This document shows, in pieces, positions 44,906-56,640 of a DNA stretch of 64,000 nt (positions are counted from its first letter, which is position 1; every line of letters starts with the position of its first letter). The stretch is from assembly GCA_002633005.1 (NCBI GenBank), contig NMRA01000022.1, positions 1,586,485 to 1,650,484 on the forward strand, read 5' to 3'. Source of the DNA: Phoronis australis. Lineage: Eukaryota > Animalia > Phoronida. A program made the position numbers and the translations under genes. The notes beneath the pieces are model-generated. The model saw only the letters and a list, made by a program, of their open reading frames with translations. It did not search any database and was not told the DNA's origin.

Positions 44906-44975
44906 TTTTTGCGGAATATATAGCAGAGTAGAATTTCACCCGTCTTCCATATTGTGTGCTAAACAGGTGAATATT
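44906..44975 (+). repeat. Short dispersed repeat; related copies at ~36312, ~41645 and ~54937
   Basis: ttttg(c/t)gg...gt(a/g)gaatttca...ccatattgt...tgaa shared across copies. Confidence 0.55.
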
Positions 44976-46057
44976 TGTTTTAAAATAGGCGACAAAATAT
45001 TATCCGCATTTTTCTGCACGTGTTCTGAAAAACATTCACCATAAAGAACGGAAAAACCAATTTCTCTCCTTTAAGAGCCAAAAAATTATGTTTATCCAAG
45101 AGGATAGAATGAACATGCACAGCTTGAAATTATTTATTTTATAAATGAAAAGCGAATAAATTCAACATTTAAACTCATATCAAAGGATAAAATAGTGAGC
45201 ATTGGTAGAGAAATCAATTACCCATAAGGTTTAGACTTTCCTTATTTGAAAAAGTTAAGTTGAGCATGAGATCAGCAAATCCATAAATTCAGTTTCAAAC
45301 CTCAGTAAATGACACATCAATATATGAAAATACATTTTATCTCTAATCAGCCTTATGGATGAATTGATAAGGGACTCATATTTACTTCTCATTCACCACC
45401 TACATTACTAATCATAAATCACTTACTAGGTTATTCAACCACACAAAATAAGTTTTTAATCAGACAATGCCCTGGTAAATACCTTGATCATTCAGAACAC
45501 TTGCAAAGCCTCTACACAACACACACATGATGCCTAGCCATAAATACGGTGCACCAGCGTTCGTGTAAATGAGTAAGGGTACACTGATAATTACTTCCGC
45601 CTTGTCCTCAAGTTTGCGCCCACACTACAAGTTGCACTGGGGCAAGTTACCTCAGAACAAGTTATCCTACCTCGATAAGGCGGGGCAAGTTGTCACTGCC
45701 ACTGAGTCAAGTCGACCCAGCACAAACAGCATCTACACTGTTGTTAAACCTAAACAACTCATTCTAGGAGTAACTTGTTCAAGGCTACTGAACTTGTCAT
45801 GCGGGCAGTATCAAATGAGCTCCTGCTTTTGACAGGGTAGACGGAGTTCTTCTCAAAGTAAGGATGCTTCACATCAACTGTAGACAAACACTAGGTGAAA
45901 TACAAGGCTTCCACGACAAAGAAAACTTTCAGGCCCAACTGCTGTCGCAGCAAGCAAGATAGATATGCCAGTTAGAGTTAACAATACTTGTGAATCTCGG
46001 AGTAATCAGGCTGTGAGAAGTAGGAAGGAAATCTTTCTTCAAAAAATATCTGTTGTC

Positions 46058-46150
46058 TGAAGCCAAATGTCATACATGTGAAGCCAAATGTCTTGTACCT
46101 GAAGCCAAATATCTTATACTGGAAGTCAAATATCTTATACTCGAAGTCAA
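46058..46150. repeat. 21-bp tandem repeat, about 5 copies
   Basis: gaag(c/t)caaat(g/a)tc(a/t)t(a/g)(t/c)ac. Confidence 0.8.
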
Positions 46151-46899
46151 AGGCAATCGTGCATATCCTGTGCATACAGAAGAATTAGATTTCAACACCA
46201 CTCTGTCACATTCTGCCATTAACTTGGACAAACCTCTTGCTAGAATTATTTGTCAGCTTAATTGAATTTTTGTCATAATAAAATACGGTTATGGGGTTTT
46301 TGGTTGAACATGAGTCACAGTTTTGATATATCCTAATTTTATTGCACCGTTTGTTTAATTATTTATTTACTTACGCATTCATAAAGTTGTCATGACGCAA
46401 CACCTGTGGAGACTCTGTCCAGATTTAGTTATAATTGATGTGCCATTTACTTGAAAAATGATAAGTAGTCCTGGTTTTGTGCATCGAAACTTTGCCATCT
46501 ACTCTGTCTACGACAATTATGGAAAAGTACAGAAATCACTGACACTGTAGAACACAAGAGCCACATTAATGTGTGCAACAGATTACTGACAGGAGCTTCA
46601 CATTCTTTGGCAATGCTTATGATGTTCTTACCACTTTAAATCTTGAACACAATTTCACTATCCAGAAATTGGTGGTCAGGGATGATGAATCTCACTGACA
46701 AAAAGTCCGTCTGTTATACTGATGACTACAAACTTGATAGTTAGGATCAAGAAATCACTTTCCTGACCACATAGATAATGATAAACAGGTCTGGATATCA
46801 CTGGGCAACATTGCAAAAAGTTTTCAGGCTAAAATTATCACCATCCATGCTGTAAACATCCCTTTTAAACAAGATAAAATGGACATGGAGAAATCTTTT

Positions 46900-48250
46900 G
46901 AATTTCTCCACTTAACATGGTCACCAGGACAAGGTTCTGTCCACACTACAATCTCACTAGGGGGCTACCCATCAATGCAGTGACTCTATTCACTATACAT
47001 GTAGATCAGTAGTGAGGGTAAGGACTGTTTCCCATCGGAGCATGCCTAAATAGAAGGCTTGTCAGCTAATTAGATGCATCACTAACTCACAATAGAAGCT
47101 GAGTCAGCAGAAATGAGTATAAAACCAGTTGTGATGGCAGGTTCTTTTTCACCACATTATCCATAAGGCTGCTGTGCTGGCTAGAGAACATTGGGCAATT
47201 CTCAGTAACAAGCTCTTTGTACTCACCAATAGTCAAGCAGCCATTAAGGCTCTACCAAGCTTAAAGTGTTCATAAACAGATGTCTGCATCAGATCCTGCA
47301 AATCAAGTGGTCTGACAGAGTAACAAATAAAAGTGTGTGGAACTGAGTCAGGCAAGAAGCCACAAAGATCCAGATTAAGAGGGTGAAGTGGAGGTAGACT
47401 GGTCACAAGCTACGAAAGCCAAATGCAAATACCACCAAGCTTGCTCTCATAACTGGAACCCCAAAGGAGATGGAAGCGAGGCAGAACTGTACAAAATTGG
47501 AGAAGAGCTGTGTCATCTGAACACCTCTCTATTGCCATGTCAGAACGAGATCCTGCAAACAAAGGCTACCAGTACCGGACCAGATGGCAAGCAGTCACAG
47601 AGGCCTTATATACCTCAAGGTACCCAGAGGCATAAGTCAAGTAACTCAAGCCTAAAATCAGCTCATGTTGTGTTCAGGCTTGCTGGATTCAAGCTCAATC
47701 GCTTGGCAACCAAATGTACTGTGCATGTCAACTGGGACAAAGGTCATGATGGCATAATGAAACAGCCAATTACCTTGCAAAGCAAGGAGCAAGTGCAACC
47801 TGTTTAGTACCAGAACTCTGCATACCAATCTCGTACAAGTATTGGGGGGCAAAGGAAAAACAGTAGGTGCATGTATAAATTGTAAGCGGATGCACGGAAG
47901 ATTGGCTCCATCTCATCTGCAGACAAAGAAAACTTATTTTCCCAAGTCTTATTGAGCCAAGAGATTCCAAAGACTAGCTATTCAGCAGGTGACCCAAGTA
48001 CTTACTGGGCACTACAACTTATTTCGTCACCAAAACATAACAGGTCACATGGCTTCTTCAAACTCCCCTAAGTGTGGCTCAGAAGCTGAGACTCCTCAAC
48101 ATTTAGTATAAATTTGCCCAGCTTATCAGAGTTTTTGCAATCTTCTACTAGATGGACGTATAACTTGCCTGGTAAAAATCGCCAGATCCTACAGGCTCAT
48201 ATTCTTTTTAATTTCCCGAGAAAAAACGGGTAGATTAGAAGACTATTCAT
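46900..48250 (+). mobile_element. Degraded 3' end of an RNase H-containing non-LTR retrotransposon (I/R1/Loa/Nimb-type architecture)
   Basis: Frameshifted RNase H motifs FVLTNSQAAIKAL (~47217) and VHVNWDKGHDGI/NETANYLAKQGA (~47720-47790), then the degenerate C-terminal CCHC region QVLTGHYNLFRH...PKCGSEAETPQHLV*ICPAY (47995-48126). Confidence 0.8.
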
Positions 48251-49585
48251 GAGGAACCCCATACTGAGGGATTCCCTTGAGTCTTAAACACGTGACTAGT
48301 GCAATGGGTCCATTGCGTGGCCTAAGCACGCCTGTCACAGAAAGCACCAAGCTACCTGCCAGTTTATTTTTAAAATAACTGTTTGTCACAGAAAAATCCT
48401 GATAATGGTAATTGCTCCAAAACACAATTTAGTTTCAACAACATCACGGTATACCCGTTTTTGTATTCAGTTTTCATGAGACACAAAACATCTTGGCATA
48501 ACAGTACAAACACCACATGTTTCACTAATTCAGCCACATTAGACACAAACTGTAGCTCTAAAAGTCACAAATAAATGTTTATTAACTTTATAAATCAAAG
48601 TGTATACTTTCCACCAGATTGATGGATACAAGTTAACAACGAAGAGGCAATTTAATTAACTAACTACAGTCTCAGCCATTTTTACTGCTCAGGTCAAATC
48701 CCTTTGCAGTGTAACTTCTTAAAATAGATCCATCAAATATCTCTAATATAATCAAATCTAAGAGAAGCTGCAGCCTCATCAATCACTCAAACTTTGATAT
48801 CCTTTGAGTCCTAAATACCTCAACACTGAGATCTGCCCACATGTAATTCAGAAAACAGTTTAAAAAAAACTGCAATGATTATTACTTTTTGAATAACGCA
48901 ATGAATTTTCAGCAACTCTTGAAAAAATTACCTTAGTTTGCTGAGTTTTAATCTGTAACTAATATTTTCAATTAAATGAAATCATTTTTCAGAATTGCAT
49001 ATGGTAGATAGATGACCAGCCACAGTGCACTTCACAGTGCACTTCAATGAATCTGCCGCATTGGACCAATCACAGCTACACAGCTTGCGTTTTCTTAGCA
49101 ATACTGAATATTCAGTTTTACAAGCCAAAAAACGACAACCTGTCACATCATATTGTCTACAGATAGTGAAGGCTGTCTGGAAGACTTGCTCTAATTAAGT
49201 TAACACTGAATCGGAAGACAAATATGAAAGCAGATGTCATGTTGAATACTCTTCTTGAACATCAAATTAGTTGTTCATGAAATCACAGCAAAAACTTCAA
49301 AATAATGCATTAAAACTAAACTAAGATTAACAGGACTTTCCCACTAGAGGCAAAACTTCACTTTTAATAGTTTCAGTAAGTGGAAAAGTTAACTCCGGTA
49401 TTAATCTGCAATTAGTAAAAATTCACTGAAAATAGTAGGATTTAAAAGCAAAGCTTCGGTACTCACCGAAACTTCGATGCAGTTAGAAAAGTCATCGGTA
49501 GAGGTTGCGGCAACGATATAGGAGTGTGGTAGAATCAATGGGAAATCCCTCAAAATGTGTTATTGAAGAGTTCGTTTACATAGGT

Positions 49586-50930
49586 AACAAGAGCAACACC
49601 GAGCATTGAACTGTGCCCATGAATGCACCGCTAACTGTGTGCTTCTAGGGGTGTTTATTCGGAATATAAAAATGGCAACTAGGTGGCGCAAAATATGTTG
49701 AATCCATCCGAGAACTTGTATGTGTCATCAAAGCTATTTACACATTTAAATTTCTTAACAAGAGCAACGTGGAGCGTTGAAATGTGCCCATGAATGCACC
49801 GCAAATGGTGTGCTTCAACTGGGTTGTTTATTTCATAAAAATAGCCACTAGATGGCGCAAAAACAGTCAATCCACCTGAAAACGGGAAAATGCCATCGCT
49901 TCTTTAAGAGAAAGCTATTTACCAAATTTCATAAAAATCTGTCAAGGAACTTCAGAGAAACAAAGGAAAACGGAAAAAATGAAATTGCCACTGTGCACAG
50001 CGTTCATTGCATCGGCCTGAAAGACGTCGTCTGCTGTTAGCTTCATATAAATACAATAATTGCTAAATTTAATAAAGATCATGAAATGTGTTAAGGAGAT
50101 GCAGCTAAGGTGGCTAAACGAAACAAAAATATCACTAGGAGGCGCCACAGTACTTGAATTTGCTATAGTCAACTGCCCTCTTCATACTGAGAACATACAC
50201 GCCAATTTTAAAAATCATCCTTAAAATAGTTTGGTTGATCGAGGGGTGGATGTCAAAAAACAAACTCGAAAACAGGGAAAATGACCACTAGGTGGTGCAA
50301 ATACCTCGATTCCTCCCAAAATGGGAGGACAGCATCATCTCACCAATAGATGCCTATATTCCAAATTTTATGAAAATCTGTTGAGGACCTTTGAAGATAC
50401 ACTCTGAGGTAAACCTAAAAACTAAAATTGCCACTAGGGGGTACACTGGTAGCCAGATCCATCCGAAAGTAGTTGTCATTCGTTGTGAACATAATATAAA
50501 TATACCAGTCGCCCTCTTCACAGTAGGAACATGCTAATTTTCAAAATCATCGCTAGAGCAGTTTGATTGATAGAATGGCGGACGCCAAAAAACAGACTTA
50601 AAAACAGTAAAAAGGCCACTAGGTGGCGTAAAGTACCTCGAATCCGTCCGAAAACAAGAGGATGGCATCATCTCACTGATAGATGTCTAATTGACAAATT
50701 TATGAAAATCCGTTGAACACCTCGGAAATTACAAGCGTAAAAAACTAAAATTGCCACTTGGGGGCACACCGGTAGTCGGAAAGGCTTGAAATTTATCGTC
50801 GTCCATCATAAACTTCATTTAGGAACAAATCTGCCAAATCTCATCAAGATCCTGTGAGGGTTTAGGAGATACAGCTACGGACGCCGGATGCCCAGACAGA
50901 GATGACGGCAATTTATGCACATAAAAATCA
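49586..50930 (+). mobile_element. Near-complete Pearl/HINE-like element with duplicated head, about 2.5 internal units and tail
   Basis: Heads aacaagagcaac at 49586 and 49757; units homologous to the 24.5-25.8 kb array; tail ttaggagatacagctacggacgccgga...cagacagagatgacggca..ataaaaa. Confidence 0.75.
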
Positions 50931-53078
50931 GTTTGTCATTCCCATTTCTTATTTCTGTTCGAGGACCATGCCTGGAAGTCAAAGAATGACACTGATCATT
51001 TTCATAAACAAAGATTGGTAAATGGCGGGAGAACAGTTTTCAGTTAGCCTCAAACCACCACTCAATATTCGTTTGAGAGTACGAAGTGAACTGCGCCGTC
51101 TGGTGTTTACTCCGATGACTGAATCGTCGTCTAGCGATAACTTTTATATCACTGTCTGTTGGGAAAGGTACGCAAAGTTTCAGCAAAGCTTCGGTATACC
51201 GAATTTCCCCTAATGGGAAAGCACCTAAGGTACAAGAAGATGACTCCATGATGTTGGACATATTTAAGTTCTTGTCAGACTCAACCTCGCCTGTAAGTTA
51301 CCATAAACAAAATCTATTTATAAATCATGGCTCGTGATGTCAAAAGCAATTTCTTGGAATACCAAAGTGCAATCTACAATTCCACAGTATTTACCCCCCA
51401 ATGCTGTGAAACCCCCATAGGGCACTTGATGTACTGTTGCCATGCCGATCCCTGTTTTGCATTAAAATTAGTTTACCATTAATTTGTAATTCAGATGCTA
51501 ATAAGATTCTTACTGTTGCATAGCATGTCAAATTTATGCAGACATAAAAAAGTGTGTTAGTGGATCAATCATTCTAAACCTAGGTCATCAAACAACACAC
51601 TATTGTACCTCCAAAAAAGGAGAGTTGAATTCAGGATACATGTAAGTCGATTCTTTGCACTTACTCATTTCAGACAAGCGGTGCTGCTGACAAAAGTACC
51701 TCACACAATTTCTCCCTCCTCCCATTCATTGCACTCATTGATTTGGGACACAGCAAACAACAACGTCTCCATAAATCTGTCCAATAACCAGGCTAATCTC
51801 TCTAAGTTTGTTCTTTCTGAAGACATAACATGTCACCGTAGACAGTGTAATGTGATGGGAGTGATTAATTGGTCAATCAAGCAAGCATTTTGGTGCTTCC
51901 TTAATGCTCAATTCAATAAGTCTTCCTTTTGATGTTAACAGACTGCCAACTCTTGATAAACGCTTGATGACCATAGAAAATGCTGGAAAACAATCTAGGT
52001 GGCCCCTGTTGGCAACAATTTGAACTCTGTTAGATGTACCAGGCTGATGGGTGAAATGTGGATAGCATATCAATGATGCTATGCCATAGCACACAAGAGT
52101 CAGACAACGGTTTTCCTGTCTCCAGTGTACAACGTTGCATGTTTCCCAGACGCCTCAGGCTGGCAACTCAAGGTCTTGAAGAAAAATGATATAAAAACAA
52201 GGAGTTTGATAGGATGAGAAGTGTTAATCAATACAAACCGATAAAGAACAACATAAACAAAGTCAGAGTTTGGGTGGGCTAAAAACTGCTACAAACCTGT
52301 ATTTTGTTAAAAAAAGAACAGTACAACTTTTGATTTAGACCATTTTCCACTATAAAGCTGATCGCAACTTAGTGTTCCTAACTCAAGATGAGCTTAGGGG
52401 TTTCCGAACTTTAAAAACCTGATACTCTGTTGGGCCTCGAGACCATACTTGGCGCATAAAAGGACCCGCCTCAATGGCAAGCCAACTTATCGAGCCATGT
52501 TTCGAGCAATAACAAATTGTCACCTTTTTCCAAGTCAAGAAATCACCTCTAATGAGAATGTGAGTAAGAAACAAGCTGAGATCAAATGCCATTTTTTGAC
52601 AGAATACAAGTTTACAGCAACTAAAGTAAATGACAGCAGTCAGTCTTGATCACCCAATGTGAAACTAATGGAGAAGGCGGGCCTTTCAATTGGAAATGGA
52701 AAGAATGAGGTCATGAAAGTTAAGCATCTTTTGTTTCATTCATCATCACGCAATTAAAACTTGTAACAGAGGATATCACTTTTTGAAGTGTAAGGTAACA
52801 TGGTGATGGTAACTGTGTCAAGTGAGGCATACATTTTCAGGACTGGAATCTATTTCTTAGATCAAAGCTAATTTGCTAGATAATTGTGAATGGACTGTGA
52901 CAAATTTATGATAATATAGTACCCTACTCAGCGATTTGTCCTGGTATTGTTGAAGAATAACTGATGAGGCATTTAATGTAAAGTGAAGGATTAAATCAAT
53001 AAACAGGAACTTTGCCTGGTGAAACAAAGTTCACCCTTGAAATTGTTCAGAATAAACAAAATGTAGTTTTCCATCCAG

Positions 53079-53309
53079 GAGGAGAATGGGACGAGCATTA
53101 TAAGAAGGAAGACAGAGCAGGAGAATAGGAAAAGCATTGTAAGAAGGAAGACAGCGCAAGAGAATAGGGCAAGCATTATAAGAAGGAAGACAGCACAGGA
53201 GAATAAGGGCAAGCATTATAAGAAGGAAGACAGCGCAGGAGAATAGGGCAAGCATTATAAGAATGAAGACAGCGCAGGAGAATAGGGCAAGCATTATAAG
53301 AAGGAAGAC
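53079..53309. repeat. 39-bp tandem repeat, about 6 copies
   Basis: gcaagcattataagaaggaagacagcgcaggagaatagg. Confidence 0.95.
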
Positions 53310-53599
53310 TGGAACTTAAAGCAGTTATAAAACCACCTTCCCCGCTGACCAAAAGTCAAATTTTGATCTAGACCACTTGTAATTATGAAATTATTTGCAA
53401 ATTGATCCCTCAAGGTTAAAATAATGATCTCAAGGAATGTCAAACAGTCAGTCTTTGCAGGCACATAAATCACTTCTTGTCTGAGTAAGGAACAGGTTGA
53501 GAACACTATTTTATAGTCATGGTACCAGTGCTCCACACTACTTAGCTTCATCAATGGAGGTGTGTTTATTGTCACTTTAAGTAAACAATAATTAAGTAC

Positions 53600-53662
53600 C
53601 TCTTCATCAGGCCTATGGACATCTTCCCTCGGTTGATCATCAATCATTTCCAGCAACTTGCC
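53600..53662 (-). CDS. Probable penultimate coding exon of the RING finger gene
   Basis: tttttgtacag|GKLLEMIDDQPREDVHRPDEE|gtactt; 63 nt, phase 0/0, joins directly to CVVC giving the usual acidic pre-RING ..EEC. Confidence 0.7.
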
Positions 53663-56585
53663 CTGTACAAAAATAATAGTGACATGGATTACATAAAAGA
53701 CAAGCACCTCTACAACAATTAAACACTAATACCCTGTTTCCAATATAGCTCGGGATTGACTTACTTTTATCCGAATGATGAATACATCTCTATAGGCTCA
53801 AGTCACTACGCCTCGGCATTTACACTACATGGGTGATTTAACCCGACCAGCTCAAATCGCTTCACCATCCCAATTACTGAGTTAGTTTAGATGCTGCGTC
53901 ATCTGTTGGAAGAATCCCATCTATGTGCTGTTCTCTTCTGCCTGTCAAGAACTCCCTTAATAAAATGGCGGGTAACTGCATTTTGTTTGGGCATAATAGT
54001 TACTTGCCACAGAATTTCAAATGTGTATCACCAGCATGGGAAATCATGGACGATAATAGACACAGGACCAATATCTGCGCATGCACTTCTAGCATACGTC
54101 ACCTCCCCCATGTGAGTCAAAATGATTGGATAACCTGTTCACACTGGCCAGGTTAACCTCAGCTTGAAGCCACCTCCTCATGTGGGTCTCGCTTAAGCCA
54201 ATTGAACTGCAGCTAATCCAGTAGCGTTTAGACACGCACTGCAAACGGGGTATAAATGTTGTTCTGTTCACAGAGGGTGTCACACTAGTACGGTAAATTA
54301 CTGACACTTTGGTTCAAGTCATTCTAAAACAATAGCTGAAACCCAGGAGATACTTGGCACAGTCATGGATAAAGGAAACCAGAGACATTAGGATCATAGT
54401 GTTTACCCTATTAAAAATCCCTTCCAACATTACTAACATGGCATAATCTTATTTGATGGTGTTTCATGGCTTTGATTCCCCAAACTCTACTGTGTAGGTA
54501 ACTGACAAGACAAACATTTGTATGGGGTTTTCAAATCAAAAATATAACCAGATTTTTCAGTACAACTTCCTCTGGGAGAGCCTGTAGAGTAAAATTACTA
54601 CTTGAACTATATCATTATTGGCAGAGAACCAAACCAATATAAGCTAACGAAGAGTGAGTCTCTATAAACTTTGCCAGACAGTTCATTTGTGACTCTCGTT
54701 CCCTGGGCAACACAGAGGGAGGGAGAAACATCAAATAAAACAACAAGATTACATGATTCTGCAAAAGCACCGAGGTCGCTTGCACGCTTACTCTCCACTT
54801 ACTTTGCACAAAAATAATTGCCAGAACGGTCTTATTTCCATTTTTCCTGGGGCTGGTTACCAGTTTGCAAATAATGGGATTTTAGAACACACTTCAAACC
54901 ATGCTTGTAACAGACTAATGCTCTTCAGTGATGTTTATTTTTGTGGAGAAATTTAACAAAGTAGAATTTCACTAGTCAGCCATATTGTGCGCTAAATAAA
55001 TGAAGAATTATCGGAGTTGACCACCAACAAAATATAAAAAATTATGTATATAAATAATAACAATAAAGAGTTATTAACATCAATAAATAATACAATATGA
55101 TAAATATGATACAGAACACTATAATATAATACAGGTGGAGAAAAGGCATTTCTTTTAAACAGCAGAGCCAATTAACATAAAAAGAACATTTTGTGAACTA
55201 AAGACAACACATGTAACTAAGGTAGGCCCCAGGCAGCCAATCCAAATGACTTCTAGTGGAGCTCTTAGCCATTCAATAGAAACCAATTTGTAACTGCACT
55301 ATCAGATATAGTCATCAAATTACTTAATACTTAATCAATGAAAAGAATCAATTCCTAGTACAGGAGTACAGTACTACTGAAGGTACATTGACACTGAATA
55401 GCAGAACAAGTTGTAAATCCAACATGAACCCTGGCAGTTACTCCCACACAGTGCAGGACACGATGCTCAGATTGAGGACTTTTCACAACCAGTCTCCCTA
55501 CCAAAGAGTTACCTTTTCTGACAAAAATCCCTATGGTCTGACACCTTTTCGGACAACATTCTCAAAATAGGGTGACTTCTCTGAAAATTTTTCCAACAGA
55601 ATGTCATTGATTTTTCCAAGAAATTCCCATGAAAAGGTGGCTTTTTTATTAACGTCTCTACTGCAGAGTGATTTTTACAACCAAAGTCCCTATGAAATGG
55701 TGAATTTTCAAAAATTAACAGTTTTTCTACATCAGGGTGCCTTTTCTGAAGAATTCCTCTATCTGCTTCAATTCCTTATTTTAGGAGTTCAAAACTCTAT
55801 ACAACTGAGGTTCCTTTTCCAAATACCCAAGCCTATAGGATTAAAAATATAAACTTAACTTAGGTTAGGTTGCAAAAGATATATATTCATGTTTGCCAAC
55901 ATGACGAGACATTTTGAATCCAACTTTCTTTATTGAAAGAGTTAAGTGTATGGAATAAACCCTAACAAATGTGTTCCTGGTTTTTCAGTACCCCATACCT
56001 CCTCCCTGCACATGCACACACAACACTGCCTAACACCACTGCCAGCATCTTAATCATCTTGCATAAACCAAAACATGTGCATGCATGCATTACTGATGAG
56101 TGTTATCTGTAAGGCATATCAACATAAAAACAGTGGGCCAATAGAAGCAATGGATTGCATGTGTTTGTCCCCACCTTTTGTGTATTCTCTGGTAATACAC
56201 CTCAGTCTGACAAGGAAACCCATACAACTGCCTTGGCTGATTGATAGAATAATGCATTTGTCATAGTGAGCCAGTCTCCCTCAAGAGAACCACATATCAC
56301 TAAGAAACATAATCTGAAAGTTTTATGTGAATCCGATAATCCATTTTTTATGAGATGTAATGGTCTAAAGTTGGACAAATTTGGACATTTTTCTAGGGTT
56401 CTCCATATGTTAAAGGAGAATGCCACCAGAAAAACAACGTATTTCATATCAATTTAGATAGAGTAGTTCCACTCTATAATAGCAAGTTCAGTTGTTATAC
56501 CTGACACCAGACAGAGGTGCTGAAATGAACCGATGACGCCACAGATTCTAACATAGTATGTTCAGCAGTTCACAAGACGCTCACA

Positions 56586-56640
56586 AGGGCGGCGCACCAT
56601 AGGAGGCTGGGGGGCTACAGCCCCCCTACTTTTTTCAGTG
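56586..56640 (+). mobile_element. Terminal fragment of a MITE-like DNA element
   Basis: agggcggcgcacc...ggggggctacagcccccc hairpin typical of non-autonomous DNA transposon ends; the opposite end was not found. Confidence 0.4.

Noticed and set aside
52960-52990. CTGATGA as a second hammerhead (also 56093 and 59948)
   Set aside because: No correctly placed stem II followed by GAAA.
52991-53294. Hydrophobic repetitive ORFs
   Set aside because: Translations of the 39-bp tandem repeat.
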